Assembly: GCA_032718475.1 (NCBI GenBank)
Contig: JAUCBJ010006783.1
Coordinates: forward strand, 7,455-71,454
Direction of reading: 5' to 3'
DNA length: 64,000 bases
From: Nemertoderma westbladi
Lineage: Eukaryota > Animalia > Xenacoelomorpha
The number at the start of each line of letters is the position of its first letter. Within the stretch, counting starts at the first letter, position 1. Positions 40,518-53,600 of the stretch are shown in pieces. The translations under genes were made by a program, and so were the position numbers. The notes below the pieces were generated by a model that saw only the letters and a list, made by a program, of their open reading frames with translations, ran no database searches and was not told the origin of the DNA.

Positions 40518-43500
40518 TGTTGAATTTTATCCGGTAGAACAAATAGGGAAATATTGGGATTACATACACCAGCAGTTTATTGTAGGGTTACAGTATATTG
40601 TACATAATGCAGAACCATTACATGGAAGGTACTGCAGACAAAGTACAAAAGTTATAGAACAAAACCGGACCGGTACGGTATAATCCAGTCATATATAGAT
40701 CATAGTCAAAAGGACAGTTTTGAATTTCCCGCCCACCTTAGAGTACATTATTTAATCGTACACTTTCAACACTCCCACTCGATTCAATTATCTCGTGAGT
40801 TAGGGAACTATTTGGTTCATTACACCCAGTTTATGGCGTAATCCTAAGAATTTCTCCCGTGCTAGTCCCTTTGTGAGAATATCAGCCATCATGTTTTGAG
40901 TTGGGCAGTATTTAATATCCACTTCACCATTCTCGATCTTCTCCCTGATGAAGTGGTAGCGGATATCTATGTGCTTCGTTCGACGATGTTGAATTGGATT
41001 CTTCGCCAACGCAATCGCCCCCTGGTTATCCTCATATATAGTTCCGCTATTGAGATGAGCCATCCCAATATCAACCAGCAATCTGCTCAACCAGATGTAT
41101 TCTTGGCATGCTGAAGTTAGAGCAATGTATTCAGCCTCAGTGGTTGATAACGCAACAACAGGTTGTTGTTTACTTTGCCAACTTATGGCCCCTCCATTGA
41201 ATGTAAACACATAACCAGATGTGGATTTGCGATTTGACTCGTCCCCAGCCCAGTCAGAATCACAATATCCGACCAATAGTCCATTGTCGTTTCCAACGAA
41301 TTTGATTCCGTAATCCACTGTCCCCTTTATGTATCGTAGTAAACGCTTGATGCCTGCCCAGTGTGTCGCTCCAGGTTTAGATACAAAATGAGATAAAACA
41401 CCCACAGCCTGAGCAATATCTGGTCTAGTTCCAATCGCGGCATATAGCAAGCTTCCAATAACTGCTTGGTACAGTGCAGTATCGATACCCTCATCATCAT
41501 CTGCGAGTTTATCAAACTTCGCATTAACTTCCATAGGAGTTGACACTGGATTACAACAGTCCATCCCAAAGCGGTACAAGATGTCTTTCAGGTATTGACT
41601 CTGAGAAATTGACGATTCCTTGTGATAACCATTCCTAGTATATATTCTATCTCACCTTGATCAGTCATCTGAAACTTTGACATCAATAGTGTTTTCTCTT
41701 CATTGAGTAGATCGATGCAATTTGATGCAATAATCAAGTCATCCACGTATACTGACAATAGGATGAATCTGTTATCTACTTTCTTAACATAAATACAGTT
41801 ATCAGCCCCCGATTGTCTGTAACCCTCTCCTTTAAGGACTTTATCAAGTCTCCTATTCCAGACTCCTATTCCTATTTCAACCCATATATACTTCTATTTA
41901 GTTTACAAACAGAGTTAGGGTATTCCTTATCTATGTATCCCTGTGGTTGCTTCATGTATATATTTGAATCAATCACCCCATTTAAAAAAGCCGTCTTGAC
42001 ATCTAACTGGTGCACATCCAGGTTAAGTTCATTCGTAATAGCTAATAGAAGTCGAATTGAACTGTAGCGTGCAACAGGGGCAAATACTTCTTTAAAATCA
42101 ATTCCTTGTTTCTGTGAGTAGCCCTGAGCTACCAATCGTGCCTTGAATCTACTGACATTCCCTTTGCTATCCCGTTTAATCTTGTAGGTCCATTTGCTCC
42201 CTACGAGATTCTTGTCATTTGGTAGTTCTACCAAATTCCACATATTATTTTCAGTCAGTGAGTTTATTTCATTGTCCATTGCTTCCTTCCATTGTTTATT
42301 ATATGGACCCTGTGAAGCCTCATCGTAGGTTCGTGGCTCGTCCGACTCGATTATCATGGCAAATTCTGCATTGTCTGAAGCTTGAGGTATTAGGTCGTGT
42401 CGCCAATCACGTGTTTCCCACCAGTTTCCCCGAATGACCCCTGGATCCGATTCCGGCTCTCTATGTTCACGGCGCGGATATCTATTAATCTCTATTGGGG
42501 CCCCTCCAGCCACTACATTATGGCCATCATCACCATACAGATGCTGGGCTCCCACTGGATCTCTAGTTTCAGTATTCTGTGGGATACTGAATACATGACT
42601 ATCACCTAATTCATCGTACACCTCCTTTGCAGTTTTCGCAAAGTTATTCTCAATAAACTTTACGTCTCTACTAACCAACATCTTCTTAGATTCTGGACAG
42701 AAGAATTTGTAACCTTTATGTTCGTTGCAGTAACCAACGAATCTGCACCGAATGGATTTTGCATCCAATTTCTTCCTTGTCTTATCAGGGATATGAATGT
42801 AAGCATCACAACCAAATACTCGCAGATTACTTACGTCTGGTTTGTGGTCATGCCAAACTTCATATGGAGTCTTTCCTCTAATAACTGACGTTGGACTCCG
42901 ATTCCTTAAGTATACAGCCGTACTGACGGCTTCCGCCCAGAAACACTTAGGCAATGAAGAGTTATGGAGCATTGATCTTACACTTTCCATTAGTGTTCGA
43001 TTTAGCCTTTCAGCTATCCCATTCTGCTGTGGAGTATGTGGTACACTGAATTCTCGTTGAATACCTCGTTCCGAACAATAATTATTGAATTCATTTGATG
43101 TGTATTCCCCACCATTGTCACTTCTGAGAATTTTTACCCTTTTTCCTGTAGCATTTTCAGCAGTAGCTACATATTCTTTGAACTTCTCAAATACACTGCT
43201 CTTATTTCGTATACAGAATTCCATTATGTATCGAGATCGGTCATCGGTAAATGTGACAAAATATCGAGACCCCCCTATGGATTCAGTCGGCAACGGTCCA
43301 CATACGTCACTATGCACTAGCTCCAGTATTTCACGTTCCTTGGATTCAGCTTCCTTGGTAGGAAATGGTAATCGATGGTGTTTCCCAATTATACAAGACT
43401 CGCATAGCTTATCATTTTCTCCAGCCATCTTCATTCCGGAAATCATGTTCTTATTTATTAGTTGTTTTAAACTATCATAATTTAAATGTCCATATCGCTG

Positions 43501-45178
43501 GTGCCACAAATTTATATCAACTTTCTCAGCTGCGATATTCAAATAATCATTCTCATGGAATTGGTAGAGTTTACCATTGAGTTTTCCAATGATTTCTTTA
43601 CAGCCATTTACCATCACTATACATTCGTCATTGGTGAATATGACTTCCACACCTTTAGCAGCTTTATTAGCAGCACGTACAGAAAATAAGTTTCTCCTAA
43701 GCTCAGGTAGGTACAACACATCTTTTAAAGTAATAGAGCGCAATTTACCCTCAACAGCGACCTCTATGTGTATATTTCCTGTTCCAACAGCATTAACAAC
43801 CCGATTATCGCCCAGCAGAATTGGACGTGGTGGCTCCAACTCCTTGAATGAATTATATTTCGATTTATCAAATGTCATATGCTGTGATGCTCCGGAATCT
43901 ATACACCAATCTGCAGTTCCTGTCATTGAGGTAATCAGAGCAATGCCGCACTCCATACCATTTTCCTCTGCAACCTCGGCATGTTCATTTTGTCCCAAAC
44001 TTGACTGTTTACCCTTTTGACCAAATTTTGGTGGCTTATAGCAGTCACGTTTCCAGTGCCCCTTATTACCGCAATTATAGCATTTACCAGGTTTATCCCC
44101 ACCTCCAGATTTTTTATTGTGGCTACTGCTACTGGGGCTTTTAAACATTGGACTTTTCTTTGTCGAACTTCCACCAGCAGATGCTGTGAAGGCATTTTCA
44201 GTCAGTTTATCTCGATTAATAAACTGTTTACTTTTCTCTTCCTCATGCAGACACCGATCGCGAACTGATCCCCAGGTCAGTGTATCCAAGTCTGAACCTT
44301 CAAGTGACGTTACCAGACTCGCGAATAATGGTGGAAGACTAGACAACAGAATAACAATCAAGTCCCGCTCCTGTACGGGATCGCCTATTTCCCGTAAATG
44401 ATCTGAGAGTTTTCTAATCTCATTCACATGCGTTAATACTGAATCGCCTTCCTTCAGTATTAAATTGTACAATCGACGCCTATACATGACCATGTGTGCC
44501 AACGTAGTCTTTTCGAAATGATCCCTTAGGCTTGTCCATGCCTCTTTGGCAGTCGTAGCATTCCGGACATAAACCTGTTGATCAGTTTCCATGTTTAGGC
44601 AAATAATCGCCCTTGCTCGATTGTCGCCTCGCCTAAATGCTGTACGCCTAGCATCCTCGGCAGCCGGATCCAGAACCTCGGTACCGTCCGCATAACCCCA
44701 TAAATCCTTAGCTATCAACAATAGTTCCATTTGGAATTTCCAGTCGTGGTAGTTTTCGCCATTGAATTTAGCAATGCGAAATTCATCCTTTATGGTTACC
44801 TCCGACATTCTCAAAATGCGAGTTTGTTACAGCTTTTACTGGGTAATTTACCTATCCCAATATTTGAAACTTCCCTGCACTAATTTTATTCCCGGTAGTG
44901 GTTTAGCAGCCTGGGCCCATAACCTGTTGAATTTTATCCGGTAGAACAAATAGGGAAATATTGGGATTACATACACCAGCAGTTTATTGTAGGGTTACAG
45001 TATATTGTACATAATGCAGAACCATTACATGGAAGGTACTGCAGACAAAGTACAAAAGTTATAGAACAAAACCGGACCGGTACGGTATAATCCAGTCATA
45101 TATAGATCATAGTCAAAAGGACAGTTTTGAATTTCCCGCCCACCTTAGAGTACATTATTTAATCGTACACTTTCAACA
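40518..45178 (-). mobile_element. Ty1/Copia LTR retrotransposon (copy B), same family as copy A, defective in RT
   Basis: 254-bp LTRs at 40518-40771 and 44925-45178, identical to each other. TSD ATTTC (40513-40517 / 45179-45183). PBS at 44911-44924. It is 17 bp shorter than copy A, which two RT lesions account for. Confidence 0.99.
40800..44808 (-). pseudogene. Copia copy B gag-pol, broken into 980-aa and 259-aa ORFs
   Basis: Near-identical to the copy A protein. Premature TAG at 41872-41874 and a 16-bp deletion at ~41608-41613. Confidence 0.95.
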
Positions 45179-46726
45179 ATTTCATCTAATCCACTCGCTT
45201 TATTATTGGACATGCTTTTAATGCTTCTTTGGAGTTTGGCAGGTGTGAAGTCCCCTGTTTCTTTTGGTAGTGTCTTGTCATATATTTTCCTTGTAGGGCT
45301 GACCTCGATGTTTGGTGGCTGCCCAAGCAAGTTGCTGAAGTGATTTTTCCACTTCCCAACACGTTCTTCAGGACTATCGGCTTTGAGGCGCCCCTTTGTA
45401 CAACTTTTCCGACCAGATACCTCATTTACAGTTTGCCAGGTAAGTTTTGATTGTTGCTGTATGTGAGCAGTTGTAATTGCTTCAGTTTTATCCTGTATGT
45501 ACTTTTCCTGGCTGATGTTGTTGGCCAATTTAAGATCGTCCTTAGCTTTCTCAACCTTGTTAATGTTTTCGGTTGTTGGTTGTTCGGTTTTAACTTTGTA
45601 GGCTATCTTAAGATCTTCTCTCTTACAAGTAACCTCAGAGTTTTGCTATGGCACATACTGTTTTCGTTTGGATTTCTTGGGGATATGCCTCTTAGCTGAT
45701 TCCTTGTGGGCTTTTATTATATTCTGGTATATTGAATCGGTGGATTGGTCTTCATCCATTGACTGAAGTGCTTCAAAGCGGTTTTGAACTTCTACTGTGT
45801 AAGAAGTGCATTGTCAGTTCTGAGTTTCTCCCAGTCATAGTTGATTTGCTTGCTTTTCCTGGGTTTGCTGGCTCTCAAACTGAGTCTGATCTCTGCAGTC
45901 ACAATTCTGTGGTCCGAACCAATTAGGTTGAACGAGCTGTATGCCTCGCAGTTGATCATGCTGTTTCTCCACTTTTTCGGTTAAATATACATTAACCAAT
46001 TAATAATACTTATACCAGGGGCTGAAAGGTGGCATCAAACGCGTTTACATCATGTTCTCAAAACTCACTTTTTGCAGATAGGGTGTTTTACCTTTCCAAG
46101 GCTGTATACACCACACAAACAGAAAGTGATTAATTTTTTACGGCATTTTTTTCAGCAATCGGTTCGTATTAATTATGTTAAAAAAATTTTTTTTTTGTCA
46201 ATATGCCGTTGTGACAAACAATTATAAAACATTTTACATTTTAATTCACTCATTATCTATAATAGAGGCGAGTGTACAGCACCAATGCTGGTTATTGATG
46301 TATTATTTTACACATTTTTCTATAATTATCTTTACATCTTGGAGGCCAAACGTTTACATTTCCTTTATTCACATATTGTACATCATTTCCATCTAACTCC
46401 TATGTATTATAAGTTATCGGCTAACTAACGGTGTTTCTTTGTCTTTATAGTCCGTATCTGTCTAAGTTAGACACATTTTGCGTTTCGTATGTCAACATTT
46501 TAAATTTAATTTCTGGTGTGTTATTTCATGGATTTAATATTTATTATTTATATTATAATTGTTTTTATTAGCTTTTATATATTTTTATTCAGTAACTTTC
46601 TGGGGGCGGTAATGAGGTTTATCTGGGGGTGGATAGACTCAGTCTGCCGTAGGGCTGTAGGGGGTATAAGTGATTAGACATCTGACTATTTCGCTTATAA
46701 TTAATTCTTTCGAGTTGTCAATTAAC

Positions 46727-46830
46727 AAGATAATGACATGTGCTGCGCGAAGGCCCCACAAAAAGGTAATGACATGTCTGCACGAAGGCCCCACAAAAAG
46801 ATAATGACATGTGCTGCGCGAAGGCCCCAC
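46727..46830. repeat. ~36-bp minisatellite, 3 copies (ATAATGACATGTGCTGCGCGAAGGCCCCACAAAAAG)
   Basis: TAATGACATG recurs at 46731, 46767 and 46802. Confidence 0.85.
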
Positions 46831-48137
46831 TTGATGTTAGGTTCATGTATGTTTGTAATGAGATCATATTCTTTAGTTTTTGGTCTCGGCCACAGAAAGT
46901 AAAAAAAAACGAAACTTAGCTGTCAAAATATATTTTTTTTTTAAAAGGTAAAAGTATATCATTCGATTGTATTTTTGCCATTGATTGCGAATCTGACAAT
47001 AAAACATAATTCATAACAGAATTCATAATCATATCCATAATCATATTCATAATATCATCATTTATTGTTAAATAATCACATCAAAGTTGATATGTTCCGA
47101 GATTCCTCAAGACTCATAAGCCGGGGAATGCCACCATGGAAGGGTGATCTTCCCGGATAGTGGTACAAATTGACCCCAAGTGAAAAAGGTGATCTCCTGT
47201 TCAAATTAACTGAAAGTGAAAATACGTTTTGGTTTTTGTTTTGGTTAGAAAACACCGGCCGCTATAACCTGCTCAGCTTATTTCCCCTAATGTTTTAAAT
47301 TAAATTAAACTAATTTTTCTTTTCACGCCACCGTTTTTGTTCGCTATTTCTTTTCTGTCTATGTTGAATGGCGAAGTTAGTATCCGCGCAAGCTGTAATC
47401 TTCTGCTTATCTCGTATTGTCTGCTGCCTTTTCACGATTGTAAACACCTTCTGTATAATTCCTTCTGTAAATTGTTTTCGCTGACAGGGTTCCAAGTCAT
47501 TTATATGTTTGTCGACTTCTTGGTTCTTTCGGTGTACTAAGAGTTGCATGAACATTTTTGGATTTGAACTGCTTTTCACGGGTTTATCTCTTATGGCAAA
47601 AACCTTTCCTTCTCATGATTCTCAATGGTTTGGCAGACTGGCGGCGTCCTGGAATTCGGCGGATGACTAAAGTTAAGTTTACTTTTAGTTTTCTATTCGT
47701 TTTCCTTCGTAGATACACTTTGTTTTGGTTTGGACTTCTTGATAATACTAGAAAGCCAGCAAGCTGGCTGGAAGGAGCCCGGGGGAAAAATCCTAGCCAA
47801 GACTACTACAAAGAACTATGTCAGTCAGCAGTAAGTAAACTAAACAGTTGTCTAAACTGTAAGGCGTGAGGCTAGCTGACTTTGTGGCTCACCCCACATA
47901 ATAAAAAATGCAACTTAGCTACCACTAACAAAAATATATGAAGCAAATAATTTCATTATCAAGCTTGAAACCAACAGCTTATGTGTGAGTAAACATTTCC
48001 TTATAGCCTACAAGTAAAACTTGGCAATCAACACATTTTACTATGACTGTGTCTAACTCTAGCATATTATTAGCAAGTCGGTAGACTTGATTACTGCAAG
48101 AATTGACAGCGGGATACTTAGTGTAAAAATCTCAGGA

Positions 48138-49197
48138 TATATAACACTGGCAGACTGACTGATAATTATCCAGGTTCAGGCACTTCCTGCCTGGCGATTT
48201 TGATGAAATTTTGCAAGTACATTGCTTTGGTGGTTCATAATCGCGTTACAAAATTTCAGATCAACTCTATGTGTGGTATTCGATATATTTAGTTTTTTGA
48301 CATTATTTTGTCGCGAAATTAAAAGCAATGGTATAATAACAGCTGCTGTTCATGATGAACTATGGCTTAATAATGTCAGAATTATACACAGTCATAGTAA
48401 AACGTGTTGTTTGCCAAGTTTTACTAGTAGGTTATAAGGAAAGGCAAGAATGTACTTAGTACATCCATACTGTTTGTTTAGGCCCTACCACTCTCTGGCA
48501 AACACCTGGGTTTCTACACAGGCTTAGTATAAATCGATGAGGTTGCCAACTGGCTGGTTTAGTTTGCAATCTATTACCGCCTCAGCTGAATAACTCTTCC
48601 CAATGCGTCCTATGGAAAATCTACAAGTTACTCACTCTTCTAATTAACTGCTGAATGACTGTTAGGTAAACAGTATGTTGGCTACATTAATTCCAACAGT
48701 AATACTGTGGAGACTGCATGTGTATAAAAGTGTATGTTAAATCAGCCACATAATATGATTCTCCATAGGCTAACATTATAGTTTGAATAGTTTACTCTAC
48801 TGTGGCATTCGGTGAATGGATTTGAGCAATTGCCAAGTTACAGAGTGGGATATCTCTGGCCATAGGTAAATACTTCCCTTCTGACCATGTAAACATTGTT
48901 GATGGAATTTACATTTGATTCATGACTTCCGACTTGCTTAACGGCGTCGTGATGCCGTCTCTTGTTAAGCCATATTTCATCGTGAACACCAGCTGTTATT
49001 GGTGTTGGTATTGCTTTTAATTTCGCGACAAAATAATGTCACAAAACGAAATATATCGAATACCACACATAGAATCGATCTGAAATTTTGTAACGCGATT
49101 ATGAACCACCAAAGCAATGTACTTTCAAAATTTCATAAAAAACGCAAGGCAGTAAGTGCCTGAACCTGGATTATTATCAGTCAGTCAGTGTTATATA
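48138..49197. mobile_element. MITE/foldback-like element with ~235-bp imperfect terminal inverted repeats
   Basis: 48138-48372 is the imperfect reverse complement of ~48963-49197 (TATATAACACTG...CAGTGTTATATA). No ORF inside; superfamily not assigned. Confidence 0.8.
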
Positions 49198-50627
49198 ACC
49201 ACAACCCGCCTGTCAGTAATCTACCGGTATCTAAATATCTGGCAGTAAGCCAAACTGAAACTCTTTAAAACAGAAACTACTTCAGTCAGAACCGGTCGAT
49301 AGACAAACCGGCTCTATTCAACAGTAACTATTAATTTATAATTTTGTTTAAGTAGATTATAAATTACTGACCCCTGCTACATACAGACTATAGAATGTTT
49401 CAGCAGTCCGCATCAATTATTGAAAATAATGATTAAAGTTTTAGAATTCAGTTTCAAATTTAAACATCCCCCTCAATATCACACTGCTTACAACAGTGAT
49501 AATTTGTAGAGTTGGGCAATTAAGATGGTAGAGTTTCGAACTGCTTAACTGCACAATGTTGAGTTTGGACATGAATATAGTCGAGTTTGGATCTATAATT
49601 TGCTCTTTTCCAAACTCTATCAAATCCAAACTCTACATTGCTTATGTCAAACACTCACATTCACATAGAACTAATTTGAATAACCACTAATCGGTAAAGA
49701 CTTATTTTTATGGAAGACAAAGTAAATGATTATGTGATTTGCATCATTACAATATAAAGACGGCGTTGGCAAATTTTTGGCAGAACTTGAAAGTTAAAAT
49801 CCAAACTCTACATTTTTATCTCAAAATAATATATTTAACAATTTGGAGGCTTGTATTATTTTCCAGACAAAAGTAATATAAATAAGCAGTGATAGTGATG
49901 TACCTGAAAGGCTAATACAGGCTTTACTTCAAGAGTAAAATGGATCCGCATATACTAGTTTGAAGATTACAGCAACTGTATCTTTACAGTCTAGTATTAT
50001 ACTAATATTATCGATTTTTTCGACATGCAGTTTTAAACGAGCACCCAAATCCACCAGAGGCCTAACTTATGTTGTTAATATAGTTGAAAGACCCCGCCAC
50101 CTTTCCTCTATCAGAAATCATATTGATTCTTGGCATTGTAAGTGTAGATCAACTTGCACGTTGAGTCACAGCTAGTACACTTCTTGTTTCGGGCAAACTC
50201 TACAAAATACTCTACATAAATAAGCATTGTATTTTACGTATAAATATGGCCATTAAAAAAACCTTTTCATCTGAATTTTATATAATGTTGAAGAGTTTGT
50301 CGAGCTTGTTCGAATGAGCTATCGATGGTCACAATTGACCCACTGGTTCAGGACCTTAACCTTTTACTGATGGTAAATAAGGAATCAATTTCAACATAAA
50401 CAAACAATTTAATTGACTATTGTGGCAGTATAATCGTACTGCTAATGTCTCGTCATAAAGTATAATATGAAGGCAGTAGTTAGCCTACACCAGTACTGAT
50501 AAATGCAATGAATAGTATGAGTGAAAGTGAAAGTTCTCTAACACTTGTCCGAGTATATGGCAAACTCAGTAGGTCCTGAGTATGTAAGTGGCACCGCCAC
50601 ATGACCCCCCCCCAGACTCGGAAAGAG

Positions 50628-53600
50628 TTAGAGGTAGTGAGGGGGGTGGATAGTGCGTCCAGACCGAGTTCGAACAGACGGGGCGTCCGGGGTGGGCGGT
50701 GGTGGTGTGTATGTCGGTGTCCCCCTAGTGGCGGGAAGGTCGGGAGGAACTCTGGGAGGTCGGCCGCGACGCCGTGGCTGCCCGTAGACGATCGGCTCAG
50801 TGCAGTCTAGATGTGCCGGCTTCAGTCGGTCGACGGACACTGTCTCGGTGCGGCCCCCAATGTCGAGTTGGAACGTCTTGGGCCCATGGACCAGGACCCG
50901 GTAGGGTCCCTCATATGGGCGTTCCAGGGGCGTCCGGTGGGCGTCCCGTCGGACGAAGACGTGTGGGGCATTTTGGAGTTCGTGGGGAACAGACGATGGG
51001 GTTGGACCGTGACGCGACGTGGGGACTGGGGCGAACCGTCCGACACGCTCGCGAAGTTGCGGAAGGATCGTGGACGGAGAGTGTGGGACGTCCGTCTGCG
51101 TGGGCGGGAGGAACTCGCCCGGGACGGTGAGGGGGGCACCGTAAACCAACTCGGCGGTGGAGGTGCCCAAGTCGTCCTTGGGTGCGGTCCTAATTCCGAG
51201 AAGGACCCACGGCAACTCGTCGACCCAGGCGGGGCCGGTGAGGGACGCACGGAGGGCGGACTTGAGGTGGCGGTGGAAACGTTCCACCAGTCCGTTCGCC
51301 TGCGGGTGGTAGGCCGTTGTGCGGTGCAGTTGGGTGCCCAGCAGCTGGTTGACGGCGGACCAGAGCTGGGAAGTGAACTGCGAGCCCCGGTCGGAGGACA
51401 CGTCAGTAGGGACGCCAAAACGGGCGATCCAGTTCGCGATGAGCGCGCGGGCGCAGCTCTCAGTGGAGGTGTCGGTGAGGGGAATGGCCTCCGGCCACCG
51501 GGTGAATCGATCCACCATCGTTAGGAGATGGGTGTACCCGTGGGACGGCGGGAGGGGCCCGACCAGATCTATGTGGATGTGGTCGAAGCGGCGATGGGGA
51601 GTCTCGATGGTGCCGAGGGGAGCGCGGACGTGGTGTTGCACCTTGGACGTTTGGCACGGCACACAGGTTGTTGCCCATGCACCGACCTGTTTCCGGAGGC
51701 CATGCCAAACGAATCGGTCGGCGACGATTTTCTTAGTCGTGCGGACCCCCGACGATTTTCTTAGTCGTGCGGACCCCCGGGTGCGAGAGGCCGTGGATGA
51801 CGTCGAAGACGTGGCGACGCCACGTGGCCGGAACGACCGGTCTGGGGTGGCCGAGAGAGACGTCGCAGAGCAGCGTTGCGCCGGAGGGGCCGATGGGGAC
51901 GTCCTGCAGTTCGAGGCCCGAGATGGCGGTGCGGTATGCGGCCATCTCGCTGTCGGCGAGTTGGGCGGCAGCCATGGCGACGTAGTCGAGGCCGGGGGTG
52001 TGTACAGCGCCGATGTGTGTCCTGGAGAGGGCGTCCGCCACACAGTTATCTTTCCCCGAGACGTGGGCGATGGCCGTGGTGAACTCCGACACATAGGCGA
52101 TGTGCCGCTGTTGTCTGGAGGACCACGGGTCACTGATCTTGGAGAAAGCGAACGTGAGAGGTTTGTGGTCCGTGTAGGCGGTGAAGGCGCGCCCCTCCAG
52201 GAAGTACCGGAAGTGGCGAATCGCGAGGTAAAGAGCCAGGAGCTCCCGGTCGAACGCGCTGTACTTCACCTCCGGGGGTCTCAACTGGCGGCTGAAGAAC
52301 GCTAGGGGGCGCCACGACCCGCCGACCAGCTGCTCGAGGACGGCGCCCACGGCCGTGCCAGAGGCGTCCACTGTGAGTGCCGTGGGGGCGGTGGCTTCGG
52401 GGTGGGCCAACATGGTGGCGTGGGCGAGGACCTCCTTCGTGTCCCGGAAGGCTACCAGCATGTCGGGAGACCAATCGAGGAGTTTCGGCTTGGTACCGGA
52501 AAGGGCCCTGTAGAGAGGCCGCATAATGGCTGCAGCAGAGGGGATGAACCGATGGTAGAAGTTTACCATCCCCACGAACTCCTGCAGGCCCTTAACGGTG
52601 GTGGGCTGGGCGAAATCCCTGATGGCGGCGACCTTGTCAGGGAGGGGAACGGCTCCATGGGCCGAGATGCGGTGGCCGAGGAAGTCGATGACCGGTCGAC
52701 CGAACTGGCACTTGGCGAGGTTGATGACGAGGCCGTGCTGCTGGAGGCGCGAGAAGAGCTGACGGAGATGGTCTCGGTGCTCCTGTCTGGACCGACTCGC
52801 GACGAGGACATCGTCTAGGTAGATGAAGACGAAGTCGAGTCCCTGGAGCGCCGAGTCCATCAGTCTCTGGAAGGCCTGGGCCGCGTTCTTCAGCCCGAAC
52901 GGTACCCGGAGGAACTCGAAAAGGCCGAACGGGGTGATGACGGCGGTCTTAGCGATGTCGACCTCATGGATGGGTATCTGGTGGTAACCGCGCACCAGAT
53001 CGATCTTAGAGAAGATCCGTGCTCCTGCCAGGCGGGAGGAGAAGTCCTGGATGTGGGGAACAGGATACCGATCCGGAGTCGTGGCGTCGTTGAGGCGGCG
53101 GTAGTCGCCGCAGGGCCTCCAGCCACCCGAGGGTTTCGGGGCCATGTGGAGGGGAGACGACCAGGGACTGTTAGATCGGCGGACGATCCCCATCTCCTCC
53201 ATCTTGCGGAACTCCTCCTTGGCGATCGCCAGTTTGTCTGGAGGGAGACGGCGGGCGCGGGCGTGGACTGGTGGCCCTTCGGTGGGGATATAGAGTTCCA
53301 CGCCGTGTTTCACCGTCGGGTCGGAGAACCGAGGCTCCGTGATGTCGGGGAACTCGGCAAGGAGACGGGCGAACTCGTTGTCGGAGGAGGCGACGGAACC
53401 GAGGTGGAGAGCGTGTCCCGGGGTCCGCCCGCATGGAATCGAGGTCAACGTCTCGGCGTCGACCAGACGGCGGCCTCTCAGATCAACCAACAGGTTGTTG
53501 GCCCGGAGGAAGTCGGCTCCGAGGAGAGGCTGGTCCACGTCCGCGGCCGTGAACCGCCACTCGAATTGGCGGGTCCCGAAACGCAGCGGAATTGTGCGTT

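Larger units (their letters stand above)
39014..45978 (-). mobile_element. 5'-truncated non-LTR retrotransposon (RTE-like LINE) interrupted by Copia copy B
   Basis: End of APE endonuclease (KWRNSMINCEAYSSFNLIGSDHRIV, ~45890-45975). RT motifs QNGFR, FVDFTRAFDS, GVLQGD, ADDIALL, FQYLGS and a C-terminal RGRP. (TAG)4 tail. The reading GLDEI|PAEVWK is restored on removing Copia and one TSD. Confidence 0.92.
38362..46106. mobile_element. Degraded non-autonomous TIR DNA element (~0.8 kb of own sequence) split by the LINE/Copia insertion
   Basis: Imperfect inverted ends CACTGCCGTGAAAAGGTAAAGCACCCAATCT (38362) vs reverse complement TACAGCCTTGGAAAGGTAAAACACCCTATCT (ending 46106), about 30/38 matches by eye. 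Many internal AAAACACCCTA motifs at 38500-38940. No TSD identified. Confidence 0.55.

Noticed and set aside
47310-47870. Lys/Gln-rich ORF fragments
   Set aside because: Interrupted by stops, with no recognisable domain or consistent splice structure. Possibly a decayed TE.
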